Positions 1-9,477 are shown, numbered from the stretch's first letter. The stretch: DNA of 64,000 nucleotides from Candidatus Spyradocola sp. (GCA_050942925.1 JBMNOF010000001.1:69712-133711); one strand, 5' to 3'. The notes: a model not told the origin generated them from the sequence alone. Translations and numbers: made by a program.

Positions 1-180
1 CTGGCGGTAGTTGTCCAGCGGGATTCGGAAGACCGACAGCACCAGCACAATCACCGCCACCGCGATGAGCAGCGGATTGAACAGCGGGAGCTTCGTCTTT
101 CGGTTGAGGAAGACGCCCAGCGCAAAGGCCAGCAGCGAGAGCACCAGGCCAAACAGGGCGGAATCCGTCCAAGCCATCAT
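1..180 (-). CDS. LrgB-like (antiholin-like) membrane protein, N-terminal 60 aa only; rest lies beyond the left window edge
   Basis: Minus-strand translation from ATG at 180 reads MMAWTDSALFGLVLSLLAFALGVFLNRKTKLPLFNPLLIAVAVIVLVLSVF..., a typical LrgB N-terminus. Its ATG overlaps the TGA of the upstream LrgA-like gene (ATGA). Confidence 0.7.
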   Translation of the reverse strand, partial: MMAWTDSALFGLVLSLLAFALGVFLNRKTKLPLFNPLLIAVAVIVLVLSVFRIPLDNYRQ

Positions 181-545
181 GCGCGCGCACCTCCCAAGCG
201 GCGCTGCACCGCAAGGCACAGGTGCACGGTCCCGGCCGTCACCGCAAAGGTGATCACCGTCGTCAGCACCAGCACCGCCAGCAGCGGAAGAATTTTATCG
301 GCAACAGGCTTGTAGTTCTCCAGAATCTCCACGCCTGCGGGAATGAAGAAGAAGGCCATGTTCTTCGTCAGGAACTCTGCCAGGTCCTCGATTTGGCGGA
401 GCTGGAGCGCGCCCGTGAGCAGGAGCAAGAAGAGCAGCACCATGCTGATGACGCTCGAGGGGAAGGTGATGGGCAGCAGGAGCGAAATCCCTTCCCCCAC
501 AAAACAGATCAGCAGAAGAATGGCCAGTTGTTTCAACAGTTTCAT
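177..545 (-). CDS. CidA/LrgA family holin-like membrane protein
   Basis: 122-aa ORF with four hydrophobic helices (MKLLKQLAILLLICFVGEGIS...FFFIPAGVEILENY...), the size and motifs typical of CidA/LrgA. Coupled to the LrgB-like gene downstream. Confidence 0.8.
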   Translation of the reverse strand: MKLLKQLAILLLICFVGEGISLLLPITFPSSVISMVLLFLLLLTGALQLRQIEDLAEFLTKNMAFFFIPAGVEILENYKPVADKILPLLAVLVLTTVITFAVTAGTVHLCLAVQRRLGGARA

Positions 546-594
546 GCGCCTTGGCGTCCCTTTCTATGCAAAGATAAAAGATGATGGTTCCGGC

Positions 595-2385
595 CTACAG
601 GGCCCGCGTGCACGCCGCGAGGAATGCGCGCTCCCCGGCATCCAGGGCCGGGGCAAGTTCCGCGTAGACCCGCTCGTGGTAGGCGTTGAGCCACGCCCGC
701 TCCTGCGGCGTCATCTCCTCCGGCAGCACGGCCGCATGGTCGATGGGCGCCAGGGTCAGCGTCTCAAAGTGCAGGAACTCCCCGTACTCGTTCGTTTCCC
801 CCGCGCAGCAGAGCAGGTTGTTCTCGATGCGGATGCCGTGGCTGCCCTCGATGTAGATGCCCGGTTCGTCCGTCGTCACCATGCCCGGCTCCAGCTCGCA
901 GCTGTCCCGGCGCTCCGGCACGATGCGCCAGCGGAAGCCGTTGGGCGGCTCGTGCACGCCGCCGACAAAGGCCACGCCGTGCCCCGTGCCGCACTTGTAG
1001 TCCAGATCCAGATCCCAGATCGGGCCGCGCGCCAGGATGTCCAGGTTCAGGCCCCGGCACCCGCGCAGGAACTTCGCCTGCGCCAGGCGGATCATGCCGC
1101 GCAGCACCGCGGTATAGTGCCGCTTCCAGGTCTCCGGCACAGGGCCCAGGACCATCGTGCGCGTGATGTCCGTCGTGCCGCAGCGGTACTGTCCGCCGCT
1201 GTCCACCAGCAGCAGACCCTCCGGCCGCAGGCGCGCGGCGCTGCCAGGCTTAGCGCTGTAGTGCATCATGGCGGCGTTCTCGTTGTAGGCGCAGATCGTC
1301 GCAAACGACGGCTCCAGGAAGTCCGCGCTCTGCGCGCGCAGGCGGGTGAGCTCCTCCGCGGCGTCACACTCGTCGATCTCCCGCGCGCCGACGTTCTCCT
1401 GCAACCACTTGAGGAAGCGCACAAAGGCCACGCCGTCCTCCCGATGCGCCCGCTTCAGGTTCTCGATCTCCACCGGGTTCTTGACCGCCTTGTGGTGTTC
1501 GATGGGGAAGGTCTTGTCCAGCACCCGGACCCCTTCCGGAATGCGGGCCACGAGCGCGCTGTTCGCCTTGGCGGAATCCACCCAGACCGCGCTGCCCGCC
1601 TTCCGGGACGCGGCGTAGGCGTACACCTCCGCGTAGGGAACGACCTCCACGCCCTGCGCGGCAAGCGCCGCGCGGACCTCCTCGGAGATCGCGCCCTCCT
1701 GCGCAAAGAGCAGCGCGCGCGCGGATTCCACCGCCGCAAACGCGAGCAGGTACGGCGTGCAGGCGATGTCGTTGCCGCGCACGTTGAACAGCCAGGCGAT
1801 CTCGTCCAGTGCGGTCAGCAGCGCCGCATCCACACCCTCTTCGCGCATCTCCGCCCGGAAGGTCTCGAGCTTCTCCGCCGCCGTCCGGCCCGTACAGCTC
1901 TCCGGCAGAAGGAAGGCCGGTTCCGCCGAGCGCGCCGGCCGCTCCTTCCAAATCTCGCCCACGAGGTCGCCGTCCGTGCGCAGGCGCACCTGCTTCTTGC
2001 CCAACGCCTCCCCTAGGCCCCGCGCCATGGCCTCGTTGACCACGGTGCCGTCAAAGCTCAGGCAGCCGCCCTCGGGCAGAACGCCCTCCAAATACTCCTG
2101 CAGCGTCGGCACGCCCGGCTCGCCGCTCTTCATCAGCCGGAAGCCGCTGCCCGCGATCTCCCGCGCCGCCTGGATGAAGTAGCGCCCGTCCGTCCAGAGC
2201 GCCGCGTCCGTCTGCGTCACCGCGCAGATCCCCGCCGAGCCCGTAAAGCCCGTCAGAAAGGCCCGCGCCTTGTAGTGCTCCCCCACGTACTCGGACTCGT
2301 GGTCGTCCGCCGTGGGCACGATGTAGGCGTCGATCCCTCGCTCTGCCATGCGCGCGCGCAGGGCCGTCAGCCGCGTATTGTCCAT
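595..2385 (-). CDS. Xaa-Pro aminopeptidase (M24B, aminopeptidase P family)
   Basis: Translation has a creatinase-like N-domain and M24 metal-ligand region (VDSGGQY..GTTDITRT; HGTGHGVG-like CGTGHGVAFVGGVHE; EPGIYIEG; GIRIEN). Start trimmed from the ORF-track 2532 to ATG 2385 (MDNTRLTALRARMAERGIDAYIV), which is preceded by GGGAGGGGAGAG. Confidence 0.85.
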   Translation of the reverse strand: MDNTRLTALRARMAERGIDAYIVPTADDHESEYVGEHYKARAFLTGFTGSAGICAVTQTDAALWTDGRYFIQAAREIAGSGFRLMKSGEPGVPTLQEYLEGVLPEGGCLSFDGTVVNEAMARGLGEALGKKQVRLRTDGDLVGEIWKERPARSAEPAFLLPESCTGRTAAEKLETFRAEMREEGVDAALLTALDEIAWLFNVRGNDIACTPYLLAFAAVESARALLFAQEGAISEEVRAALAAQGVEVVPYAEVYAYAASRKAGSAVWVDSAKANSALVARIPEGVRVLDKTFPIEHHKAVKNPVEIENLKRAHREDGVAFVRFLKWLQENVGAREIDECDAAEELTRLRAQSADFLEPSFATICAYNENAAMMHYSAKPGSAARLRPEGLLLVDSGGQYRCGTTDITRTMVLGPVPETWKRHYTAVLRGMIRLAQAKFLRGCRGLNLDILARGPIWDLDLDYKCGTGHGVAFVGGVHEPPNGFRWRIVPERRDSCELEPGMVTTDEPGIYIEGSHGIRIENNLLCCAGETNEYGEFLHFETLTLAPIDHAAVLPEEMTPQERAWLNAYHERVYAELAPALDAGERAFLAACTRAL

Positions 2386-2633
2386 CTCTCTCCCCTCCCG
2401 TAGGCAAATCCGCTTTTTTCTGTCGTCCATTATACATCCTCTTCTCGACGTTTTCGATGAAAAACTGCGTAAAGAATGCGCGACAAACCATGTGCATTTT
2501 TGCAGGCCCGCTTCCTGCAAAAAATCCTGCACCGCAGTTTACAGTTTTCTCCCACAACATTCGGGGCGTCGCTCCCACCCTCCCACAAGATATAGCGGCC
2601 CCGAAAGCCTGTACCCACAAGTTTTGCACAGGC

Positions 2634-2654
2634 TGTGGATAACTTTGTGGAAAA
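2634..2654. promoter_or_regulatory. Two tandem DnaA-box-like 9-mers
   Basis: TGTGGATAA (2634-2642) is a perfect complement of TTATCCACA. TGTGGAAAA (2646-2654) has one mismatch. Degenerate CCACA/GCACA copies flank them over 2546-2700, in the divergent intergenic region between the aminopeptidase gene and gpsA. Confidence 0.35.
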
Positions 2655-2897
2655 GTTTCGGACAACCTTGGGGATAGCGTGTGCACGCCCTGTGCGCTGT
2701 GAACTGCCATGTTAAATTCTTCTCAGAGGATTTCTCGCCTTTCCTTGAAAATGGCGGATCTGTCGCCAAAACGCGACGTTTTGTCGTTCAAAATGACCAA
2801 AATCCTGCTTTTCCCGGGACTTGGGGTTTACAGAGGGAAATTCCGGGCGTATACTGGGGAAAACATGTGAGAAAAAAGTCACAAGGAGGTAGTGCAC

Positions 2898-3854
2898 ATG
2901 CGGATCACGGTTTTGGGCTGCGGAAGATGGGGCACCTTTTTGACCTGGTATCTCCACCGGACGGGACACGAAGTGGCGCTCTATGGCCGAAAGACCTCCT
3001 GGCGGATGGCGCGGCTGCTGGAGAGCCGCGAAAACGACCTGCTCCTGCTTCCGGACGGAGTGCCGCTCACGACGGACCTTGCGGCGGCGGTTCTGCGGGC
3101 GGAGGTCCTGGTGATCTCGGTGGGGGTGCAGTCATTCCGCGGGCTCCTGCGGGAGCTGCGCGCGCTGGACCTGTCCGGGCGCGCGCTCGTGCTGTGCATG
3201 AAGGGCTTGGAGGCGGAAACCGGCGCGCGCCTGACGGAGATGGTCGCCCAGGAGCTCGGCCCCGTGCCCTGCGGCATCTGGGTGGGGCCCGGGCACGTAC
3301 AGGATTTTCTCCGCGGCGTGCCCAACTGCATGGTGATCGATTCCGCGGACGCCGGTTTGCGGGAAACCCTGGTGCAGGCCTTCTCCTCGGATCTGATCCG
3401 CTTCTACTACGGGGACGACCTCATCGGCAACGAGATCGGCGCGGCGGCCAAGAACGTCGTGGGCATTGCGGCGGGCATGCTGGACGGATACGGGCTCACT
3501 TCGCTCAAGGGCGCGCTCATGGCGCGCGGCACGCGCGAGGTGGGGCGGCTCATCGGGGCGATGGGCGGCAGCGAGCGCTCGGCCTATGGCCTGGCGCACC
3601 TGGGCGACTACGAGGCGACGGTCTTCTCCCCCTACAGCCACAACCGGGCCTTTGGCGAGCAATTCGCCCGCGGCGAGAGCTACACGCAGCTGGCCGAGGG
3701 CGCGGCGACGGCAAAGGCGCTGCGCGTGCTCTCCGCGCGGTGCGGCGTGGACCTCCCCATCTGCGGCGCGGTGTACGCCGTGCTCTACGAGGGCATGGAC
3801 CCGCAGGAAGCGCTCTCCGGCCTGTTTCTGCGCAGCCTCAAGCGGGAGTTCTGA
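2898..3854 (+). CDS. gpsA: NAD(P)H-dependent glycerol-3-phosphate dehydrogenase
   Basis: MRITVLGCGRWGTFL (Rossmann GxGxxG), then ..NEIGAAAKNVVGIAAGMLDG.., typical GpsA motifs. AGGAGG lies 8 nt upstream of ATG 2898. Confidence 0.85.
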   Translation: MRITVLGCGRWGTFLTWYLHRTGHEVALYGRKTSWRMARLLESRENDLLLLPDGVPLTTDLAAAVLRAEVLVISVGVQSFRGLLRELRALDLSGRALVLCMKGLEAETGARLTEMVAQELGPVPCGIWVGPGHVQDFLRGVPNCMVIDSADAGLRETLVQAFSSDLIRFYYGDDLIGNEIGAAAKNVVGIAAGMLDGYGLTSLKGALMARGTREVGRLIGAMGGSERSAYGLAHLGDYEATVFSPYSHNRAFGEQFARGESYTQLAEGAATAKALRVLSARCGVDLPICGAVYAVLYEGMDPQEALSGLFLRSLKREF

Positions 3855-3920
3855 GCCACGGGGCGCCGGCCGCGCGGCCGGCGCCGCCGTGAGCGAAGGC
3901 CGCGATCCCATTTTATAGAA

Positions 3921-3959
3921 ACAACCCCTCCGCATGCGGGAAACATGCGGAGGGGTTGT
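3921..3959. terminator. Bidirectional intrinsic terminator between convergent gpsA and RraA-like genes
   Basis: Perfect 16-bp stem ACAACCCCTCCGCATG / CATGCGGAGGGGTTGT with a 7-nt loop. T-rich runs flank it on both strands. Confidence 0.75.
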
Positions 3960-3970
3960 GCGTTTATCGA

Positions 3971-4915
3971 TCAGATGGTGGAGCGGATGGGCGGGTTGTC
4001 CGTGCGGGGGCCCTTGCGGACGATGGACTCGGGGTGCTCGCGCATCTGGCGGGAGCGCTCGATGTCCTCTTCCCAGTCGAGGTACTGGAAGGGCGCAGCG
4101 ATCTCGCTGGTCTTGAACCAGCCCTGGAAGTCCTTCCACATTTCGTCGGACCAGTTGGCGTCGATCTCGGTGGCGGTGTAGACGCCCTGCTTCAGGCGCT
4201 CAAAGCCGAAGTCGTCCTTGAGGTGGGACTTCTCCGCGCTGTCCACGGTCTTTTCGGCCAGGTGGGCGGGAACGAACACGACGCCCTCGTTGCTGCCGAA
4301 GACGACGTCGCCGGGCATGCAGATGGCCTCGCCGATGCGGCAGGGCGCGTTGTAGCCGGTCATGACATAGTCGCGGATGGGGGTGGGATGGGTGCCGCGG
4401 TAGTAGATCTGGATGCCCTCGATCTTCTTGACCTGGTCCAGATCGCGGATGCCGCCCCAAACGACCGCGCCGCCGCGCTTGGTCTTGTTGCGGAGCTGGG
4501 TGGAGAGGTTGCCGCCAAAGAACGTGCCGTAGACGACCTTGTCAAACAGGTCGACGACCATGACGTCGTCCTCGACCAGGCGGTCGACGGCGGACTTGTT
4601 GTAGCCGCCCTTGAAGCCGAACTCGCGGGACTCGGCGGTGGCGACCTCGTGCAGATCCTGGCGCAGGGGCACGCAGACGCAGGTCAGCGCGCGGCCCACC
4701 AGACGGTGATCCTCGGTGGAGTGGGTCGTCATGAAGTGTCCCTCGGACTGGAACTCATAGCCCAGGGAATACGCGCGGCCCCAAACCTCCTCCAGCGTCA
4801 GCTTGCGCATGCGCTCCAAGACAGACGCGGGAACCTTGGGCCGGCCGTCCTCCATGCGTTCGCCCGTCCACTGGGGCGTGAGCTTGATGACGTCTTCCTT
4901 CGTGTAAAAGAACAT
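3971..4915 (-). CDS. RraA / dimethylmenaquinone methyltransferase-like family protein (possible oxaloacetate decarboxylase/aldolase-type enzyme)
   Basis: 314-aa ORF. The central region (..DLFDKVVYGTFFGGNLSTQLRNKTKRGGAVVWGGIRDLDQV..GTHPTP..IGEAICMPGDVVFGSNEGVVFVP) resembles the RraA-family fold. GGGGGAG RBS before ATG 4915. Confidence 0.55.
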   Translation of the reverse strand: MFFYTKEDVIKLTPQWTGERMEDGRPKVPASVLERMRKLTLEEVWGRAYSLGYEFQSEGHFMTTHSTEDHRLVGRALTCVCVPLRQDLHEVATAESREFGFKGGYNKSAVDRLVEDDVMVVDLFDKVVYGTFFGGNLSTQLRNKTKRGGAVVWGGIRDLDQVKKIEGIQIYYRGTHPTPIRDYVMTGYNAPCRIGEAICMPGDVVFGSNEGVVFVPAHLAEKTVDSAEKSHLKDDFGFERLKQGVYTATEIDANWSDEMWKDFQGWFKTSEIAAPFQYLDWEEDIERSRQMREHPESIVRKGPRTDNPPIRSTI

Positions 4916-5046
4916 GTGAAACTCCCCCTTGCCGTATTTGTGTACAAATCCGCTTTCATCATATCACATTCCCTTCTATAGGACAAGCAAGCTCTCAAAA
5001 AAAGCAGCAAAACCATGCCGTTTATTTCACAATATGAACCTCCGCC

Positions 5047-5075
5047 TTGACAATACAGCCTATTTGCGCTATACT
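5047..5075 (+). promoter_or_regulatory. Sigma-A-type promoter of the leuA leader
   Basis: TTGACA (5047-5052), 17-nt spacer, TATACT (5070-5075). Confidence 0.7.
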
Positions 5076-5081
5076 ATCCCC

Positions 5082-5376
5082 AAATCAAATGCTTTGACAG
5101 GGCAAAAGCGCACGTTTTTTTCCGTTGCAGAGAGCTGCCGGTCGGTGCGAGGCGGCACGGGCGCGGCGCGCGAACTCCCCCTTGAGCAGCCTGCTGAACC
5201 GCAAGGTTGAAGAGCGACTAGGTTAGGCCGGAACCCCACCGTTATCCAGGGGCGCGCATTTCATGCTTTGCCGATGCGCGGAAAAGGAGCCGGGCACGTT
5301 GCATCGTGCCAACAAGAGTGGTACCGCGGAGGAATGCCTTCGTCTCTTGCAGCCGCAGGAGGCGAGGGCTTTTTTG
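5082..5376 (+). promoter_or_regulatory. T-box leader (probably Leu-specific) with terminator/antiterminator
   Basis: Stem-I AGAGAG..GGTCGGTGCGAG element (~5135-5160). Candidate CUC specifier at 5175-5177. T-box sequence AACAAGAGTGGTACCGCGG at 5311-5329. Terminator hairpin GCCTTCGTCTC../GAGGCGAGGGC plus TTTTTT at 5336-5376, directly upstream of leuA. Confidence 0.8.
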
Positions 5377-5414
5377 CACCCCGTTTCCCCGCCTGCGCCG
5401 GAAAGGAGAACAAC

Positions 5415-7079
5415 ATGCAGAACGCGAGCAAGTACGGAATCCAATACTTCGCGCCGGAAAACCCGCCCATGCGCTGGGCGCGGCGCGATCACATCGAACG
5501 CGCCCCGATCTGGTGCTCGGTCGACCTGCGGGACGGCAATCAGGCCCTGATCGTGCCCATGAGCCTGGAAGAGAAGATCGAGTTCTTTGAGACGCTGGTC
5601 CGGGCGGGCTTCCGGGAGATCGAGGTCGGGTTCCCCGCCGCCTCGGACACGGAGTACCAGTTTGTGCGCGCGCTCATCGAGCGCAACCTCATCCCGGACG
5701 ACGTGACCATTCAGGTGCTCACGCAGTCGCGCGAGCACATCGTGCGCCGCACCTACGAGGCCTTGCGCGGCGTCAAGCACGCCATCGTCCACCTCTACAA
5801 CTCCACGTCCCTCGCCCAGCGCGAGCAGGTCTTTCACAAGTCGCGCAAGGAGATCATCGAAATCGCCACGTCCGGTGCCGAGCTCTGCGTGCGCCTGCGC
5901 GATGAGATCCTGCCCGATGCGTGCGTCCGCTTTGAATACTCGCCCGAGTCCTTCACCGGAACGGAGATGGATTTTGCCGCGGAAATCTGCAACGAGGTGC
6001 TGCGCATCTTCCAGCCCACGGCGGAGCGGCCCGCCATCATCAACCTGCCGGCCACCGTCTCCCTCTCCATGCCGCACATCTATGCCAACCAGATCGAGTA
6101 CATGTGCGACCACCTGATCCACCGCGAGAACGTGATCGTCTCCCTGCACCCGCACAACGACCGAGGCTGCGCCGTGGCCGACACGGAGATGGGCCTTCTT
6201 GCGGGCGCGGACCGCGTGGAGGGGACCCTGTTTGGCAACGGCGAGCGCACCGGCAACACGGACATCGTCACCCTGGCCCTCAACATGTACGCCCAGGGCG
6301 TGGACCCGGGGCTGGACTTTTCCAACCTCCCGGCGCTGCTGTCCGTCTACGAGCGCGTGACGGGCATGCACGTCTACGAGCGCCAGCCCTACTCCGGCCA
6401 GCTGGTGTTTGCCGCCTTCTCCGGCGGACACCAGGACGCCATCACCAAGGGCATGAAGTGGCGTGCCGAGCACGGCGGGCGCTGGACCGTTCCCTACCTG
6501 GCCATCGACCCGGAGGACATCGGCCGCACGTACGAGAGCGACGTCATCCGCATCAACAGCCAGTCCGGCAAGGGCGGAATCGGGCACGTGCTGGAGAGCC
6601 ACTTCGGCTACGACCTGCCCGCCGCGATGCGCGAAGACTTCAGTTACACCGTCAAGCGCATTTCCGACCAGGAGCACCGCGAGATGCAGGCCGACGACAT
6701 CCTGGCCATCTTCATGGAGAACTACGTCAACAACTTCGATCCTCTGGACGTTGTAGAGGCCCACTTCAAGCAGGAGAACGGCATTGTGGCCACCATCACG
6801 GTCTTCAACGGCAGCCGCGAGGAGCAGGTCTTTACCGCCCAGGGCAACGGCCGCCTGGACGCCGTCTCCAACGCCCTGAAGGCAAACCTCGGCTACCGCT
6901 ACTCCATCATCAAGTACCAGGAGCACGCCATCGAGCAGGGCTCCAACGCAAAGGCCATCGCCTACGTCGGAATCCAGACGCCGGACGGCCGCGTCTCCTG
7001 GGGCGCCGGCACGCACGACGACATCATGGCCGCTTCCGTCAACGCCCTGGTTTCCGCCATCAACCGGCTGGGAAAGTAG
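5415..7079 (+). CDS. leuA: 2-isopropylmalate synthase (long, LeuA type 2 form)
   Basis: ..WCSVDLRDGNQALIVPMSLEEKIEFFETLVRAGFREIEVGFPAAS.. and HPHNDRGCAVADTE..GTLFGNGERTGN are hallmark HMGL-like/LeuA motifs, followed by a C-terminal LeuA dimerisation region. AAAGGAG RBS before ATG 5415. Confidence 0.9.
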   Translation: MQNASKYGIQYFAPENPPMRWARRDHIERAPIWCSVDLRDGNQALIVPMSLEEKIEFFETLVRAGFREIEVGFPAASDTEYQFVRALIERNLIPDDVTIQVLTQSREHIVRRTYEALRGVKHAIVHLYNSTSLAQREQVFHKSRKEIIEIATSGAELCVRLRDEILPDACVRFEYSPESFTGTEMDFAAEICNEVLRIFQPTAERPAIINLPATVSLSMPHIYANQIEYMCDHLIHRENVIVSLHPHNDRGCAVADTEMGLLAGADRVEGTLFGNGERTGNTDIVTLALNMYAQGVDPGLDFSNLPALLSVYERVTGMHVYERQPYSGQLVFAAFSGGHQDAITKGMKWRAEHGGRWTVPYLAIDPEDIGRTYESDVIRINSQSGKGGIGHVLESHFGYDLPAAMREDFSYTVKRISDQEHREMQADDILAIFMENYVNNFDPLDVVEAHFKQENGIVATITVFNGSREEQVFTAQGNGRLDAVSNALKANLGYRYSIIKYQEHAIEQGSNAKAIAYVGIQTPDGRVSWGAGTHDDIMAASVNALVSAINRLGK

Positions 7080-7091
7080 CCGCCTTTCTCC

Positions 7092-7124
7092 GGCGCGCTG
7101 CCGCTGTGCAGCGCGCCTTTTTTT
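7092..7124 (+). terminator. Intrinsic terminator after leuA
   Basis: GGCGCGCTGC / GCAGCGCGCC stem followed by TTTTTTT. Confidence 0.75.
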
Positions 7125-7251
7125 CGCCTGCGCGCCCCGGCGAATTTCCAAAAAATAACGTGAACAAAACATAATCAAAAATTTATTTGTGTTCCAGGAC
7201 TGGCTTTTGTATAATAGCGTTGATATACATCACTTTTCGAGGGGCGTCAAC

Positions 7252-8583
7252 ATGAAAGGACATCTTCACAGACTTCGAAACGATATTTCCGGGTTTCTCG
7301 CCGGAAACCGCAACCGCACACTGCTGCTCTTCGGCATAGAGGGATTGCTATTCCAGTTTGTCTACTCCCTTGCGGCGGGCAACGGCATCGCCACAAACCT
7401 CTACGCCACAAACCTTGGCGCAACGGACACACAGGTCAGCATGGTGCAGCTCCTGTCCAACCTGCTGGCGGTTGCGCTGCTTCTGCCGGCGGGCATCCTC
7501 AGCGACAGAACCAAGAACTCCAAGACCATGCCGGTCGTCATCCTGCTCTTTGTCGGCGTCATGTACTTCTTCTACGGCACGGTGCCGGTGATGGGCAATA
7601 GCCGCATGGTGTTTTTCTTCCTCTTTGTGTCGCTGACGGCGGGGCTCATGGCGATCTACAACGCGATCTGGCAGGCCTTCTTTGGCGACGCGACGCCCCT
7701 TGCGGACCGCAATCGCGTCTACGCATTCCGCAACCGCTTCGTCTTTTTGATCAGCACCATCGCCCCGATTCTGCTGGGCACAATCCTGACCGCCATGCCG
7801 GACAGCGAGCACAAGATCCTCGTCCTGCGGGTATTCTTCTACCTCTGCGGCGTCCTGAACCTGCTCAACGCCTTTGTGCTCTCGCGCATCCCGGGCGGGC
7901 GGCGCTCGCCGCAGGCGCTGGCGCAGATTCCCAAGTTCTCCTTCTCCGCCTTTACGGACGTGTTCCGGACCCTGGTGCATGACCGGCATTTCCTGTTTTA
8001 TTTCGGCTCCATCATGTTCTTTTACATGGGCTGGCACCTGGACTGGACCATGTGGTACATCGGTCAGACGCAGTACGTGGGCCTGACGGAGGCGCAGCTC
8101 TCCTGGTTCTCGGCGGCCAGCGCCATCCTGCAGCTGGTGACCCTGGGCATCTTCGCCCGGTTCAACGAAAAGAAGTCCGTGCACTTCACCTTCATCTTCT
8201 GCGTGTTCTCGCTGATGCTCTGCCCGCTGACGATGATCCTCTCGGGATTGACGCCGGTTGCGGCGCGGACGACCGTGTTCCTGGTCGTGGGCACGCTCGT
8301 GTGCATTCCCCAGGGCGCGAACAACCTGTGCCTGGTGCAGATGCTGCTCGAGGTCACGCCGGAGAAGAACCGCTCCCTCATCGTCTCGCTGAACATGGCG
8401 TTTGTCACGCTCTCCAACGCGGTGATGCCCTTTGTCGGCGTGCAGATCTACAACGCCCTGGGCGCGGACTACAACGCCTTCCTCTCGTTTAACACCATCG
8501 CCTTTGTCTGGCGCGCGCTGGCGCTCAGCCTGTTCATCTACCGCTATCTCCACTTCCGCCGGCGCGCCGCTGCCGCCGCGTGA
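7252..8583 (+). CDS. MFS-type transporter (substrate unknown)
   Basis: ~443 aa with about 12 hydrophobic segments and a central basic loop (SRIPGGRRSPQAL). Start set at ATG 7252 (MKGHLHRL). Confidence 0.65.
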   Translation: MKGHLHRLRNDISGFLAGNRNRTLLLFGIEGLLFQFVYSLAAGNGIATNLYATNLGATDTQVSMVQLLSNLLAVALLLPAGILSDRTKNSKTMPVVILLFVGVMYFFYGTVPVMGNSRMVFFFLFVSLTAGLMAIYNAIWQAFFGDATPLADRNRVYAFRNRFVFLISTIAPILLGTILTAMPDSEHKILVLRVFFYLCGVLNLLNAFVLSRIPGGRRSPQALAQIPKFSFSAFTDVFRTLVHDRHFLFYFGSIMFFYMGWHLDWTMWYIGQTQYVGLTEAQLSWFSAASAILQLVTLGIFARFNEKKSVHFTFIFCVFSLMLCPLTMILSGLTPVAARTTVFLVVGTLVCIPQGANNLCLVQMLLEVTPEKNRSLIVSLNMAFVTLSNAVMPFVGVQIYNALGADYNAFLSFNTIAFVWRALALSLFIYRYLHFRRRAAAAA

Positions 8584-8627
8584 TTCCGCTTCCGCAAGAC
8601 CGCGGAAATTCTCCAACGTTCGCTTTG

Positions 8628-8664
8628 CCGCAGGGACCGACAGGGTCGGTCCCTGCGGTTTTTT
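8628..8664 (+). terminator. Intrinsic terminator after the MFS gene
   Basis: CCGCAGGGACCGA / TCGGTCCCTGCGG stem followed by TTTTTT. Confidence 0.8.
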
Positions 8665-8701
8665 GCCAGAAAAAACTCGTAAAGTTTTTTATATAATCCT
8701 A

Positions 8702-8729
8702 TTGACAAATTATTTAGATGTGCTACAAT
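8702..8729 (+). promoter_or_regulatory. Sigma-A-type promoter (extended -10) for the RHH gene and clpB
   Basis: TTGACA (8702-8707), 16-nt spacer ending in TGC, TACAAT (8724-8729). Confidence 0.7.
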
Positions 8730-8766
8730 AGATGCTGAAGTCCAAGGAAAGAAAGGAGGCGGAAGC

Positions 8767-9432
8767 ATGAACAAGAGCGTCTATTCGCTGGTTCTCATGG
8801 ATAATGTCGTGAGCGAGGTGGACAAACTGGCCTATGAGATGGGGACCTCGCGTTCCAATCTCATCAACCAGATTCTGGCGGAATACGTCCGCTACACCAC
8901 GCCGGAAATGCGGATGCGCGCCGTTTTTGAGGAAATGGAGCGCCTGATGCAGGGCGTGGATAGCTTCCAGATTCAGCCGCAGCCCTCGGATGCGATGTTG
9001 ACCATTCGGTCCGCCTTGCGCTACAAGTACAAGCCGACCATCCGCTACTGCGTCGAACTCTACCGGAGCAGCCACGGACGAACCGTGGGCGCGTTGAAGG
9101 TGGCCTTTCGGACGCAGAGCCAGCCCTTGATCGCGATGCTGACCTCCTTCTTCGAGCTTTGGACGCGGCTGGAGACGCATTACCGCGAGCAACTCCGGTT
9201 GCCCGCCTGCGAGAGCCGCATCGAGGAGGGAAAGTACATTCGCTCCTTTGCGCCGGCCGGGAGCGCAGAATTCACGGAGCAACAGCTGGCCGACGCCATG
9301 AGCGCCTACATTCGCATGTTTGACGGCGCGATTAAGACCTATTTTGCCGCAGGCGGAGAGCAAAGCACCGCACTGCCGCAAATGGAGACATCCTACCGAA
9401 ACTATTTGCAAGCAACCCCCCTGCTGCTGTGA
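8767..9432 (+). CDS. Hypothetical protein with N-terminal ribbon-helix-helix (CopG/Arc-like) DNA-binding motif
   Basis: N-terminus MNKSVYSLVLMDNVVSEVDKLAYEMGTSRSNLINQILAEYV fits a beta-strand/helix/helix RHH pattern. The remaining ~170 aa are not recognised. GGAGG RBS. It lies 45 nt upstream of clpB on the same strand. Confidence 0.5.
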   Translation: MNKSVYSLVLMDNVVSEVDKLAYEMGTSRSNLINQILAEYVRYTTPEMRMRAVFEEMERLMQGVDSFQIQPQPSDAMLTIRSALRYKYKPTIRYCVELYRSSHGRTVGALKVAFRTQSQPLIAMLTSFFELWTRLETHYREQLRLPACESRIEEGKYIRSFAPAGSAEFTEQQLADAMSAYIRMFDGAIKTYFAAGGEQSTALPQMETSYRNYLQATPLLL

Positions 9433-9477
9433 CGGCAAAGAAACCGACGCGGCAAGCCGGAAAGGAGAGACGAGTTT

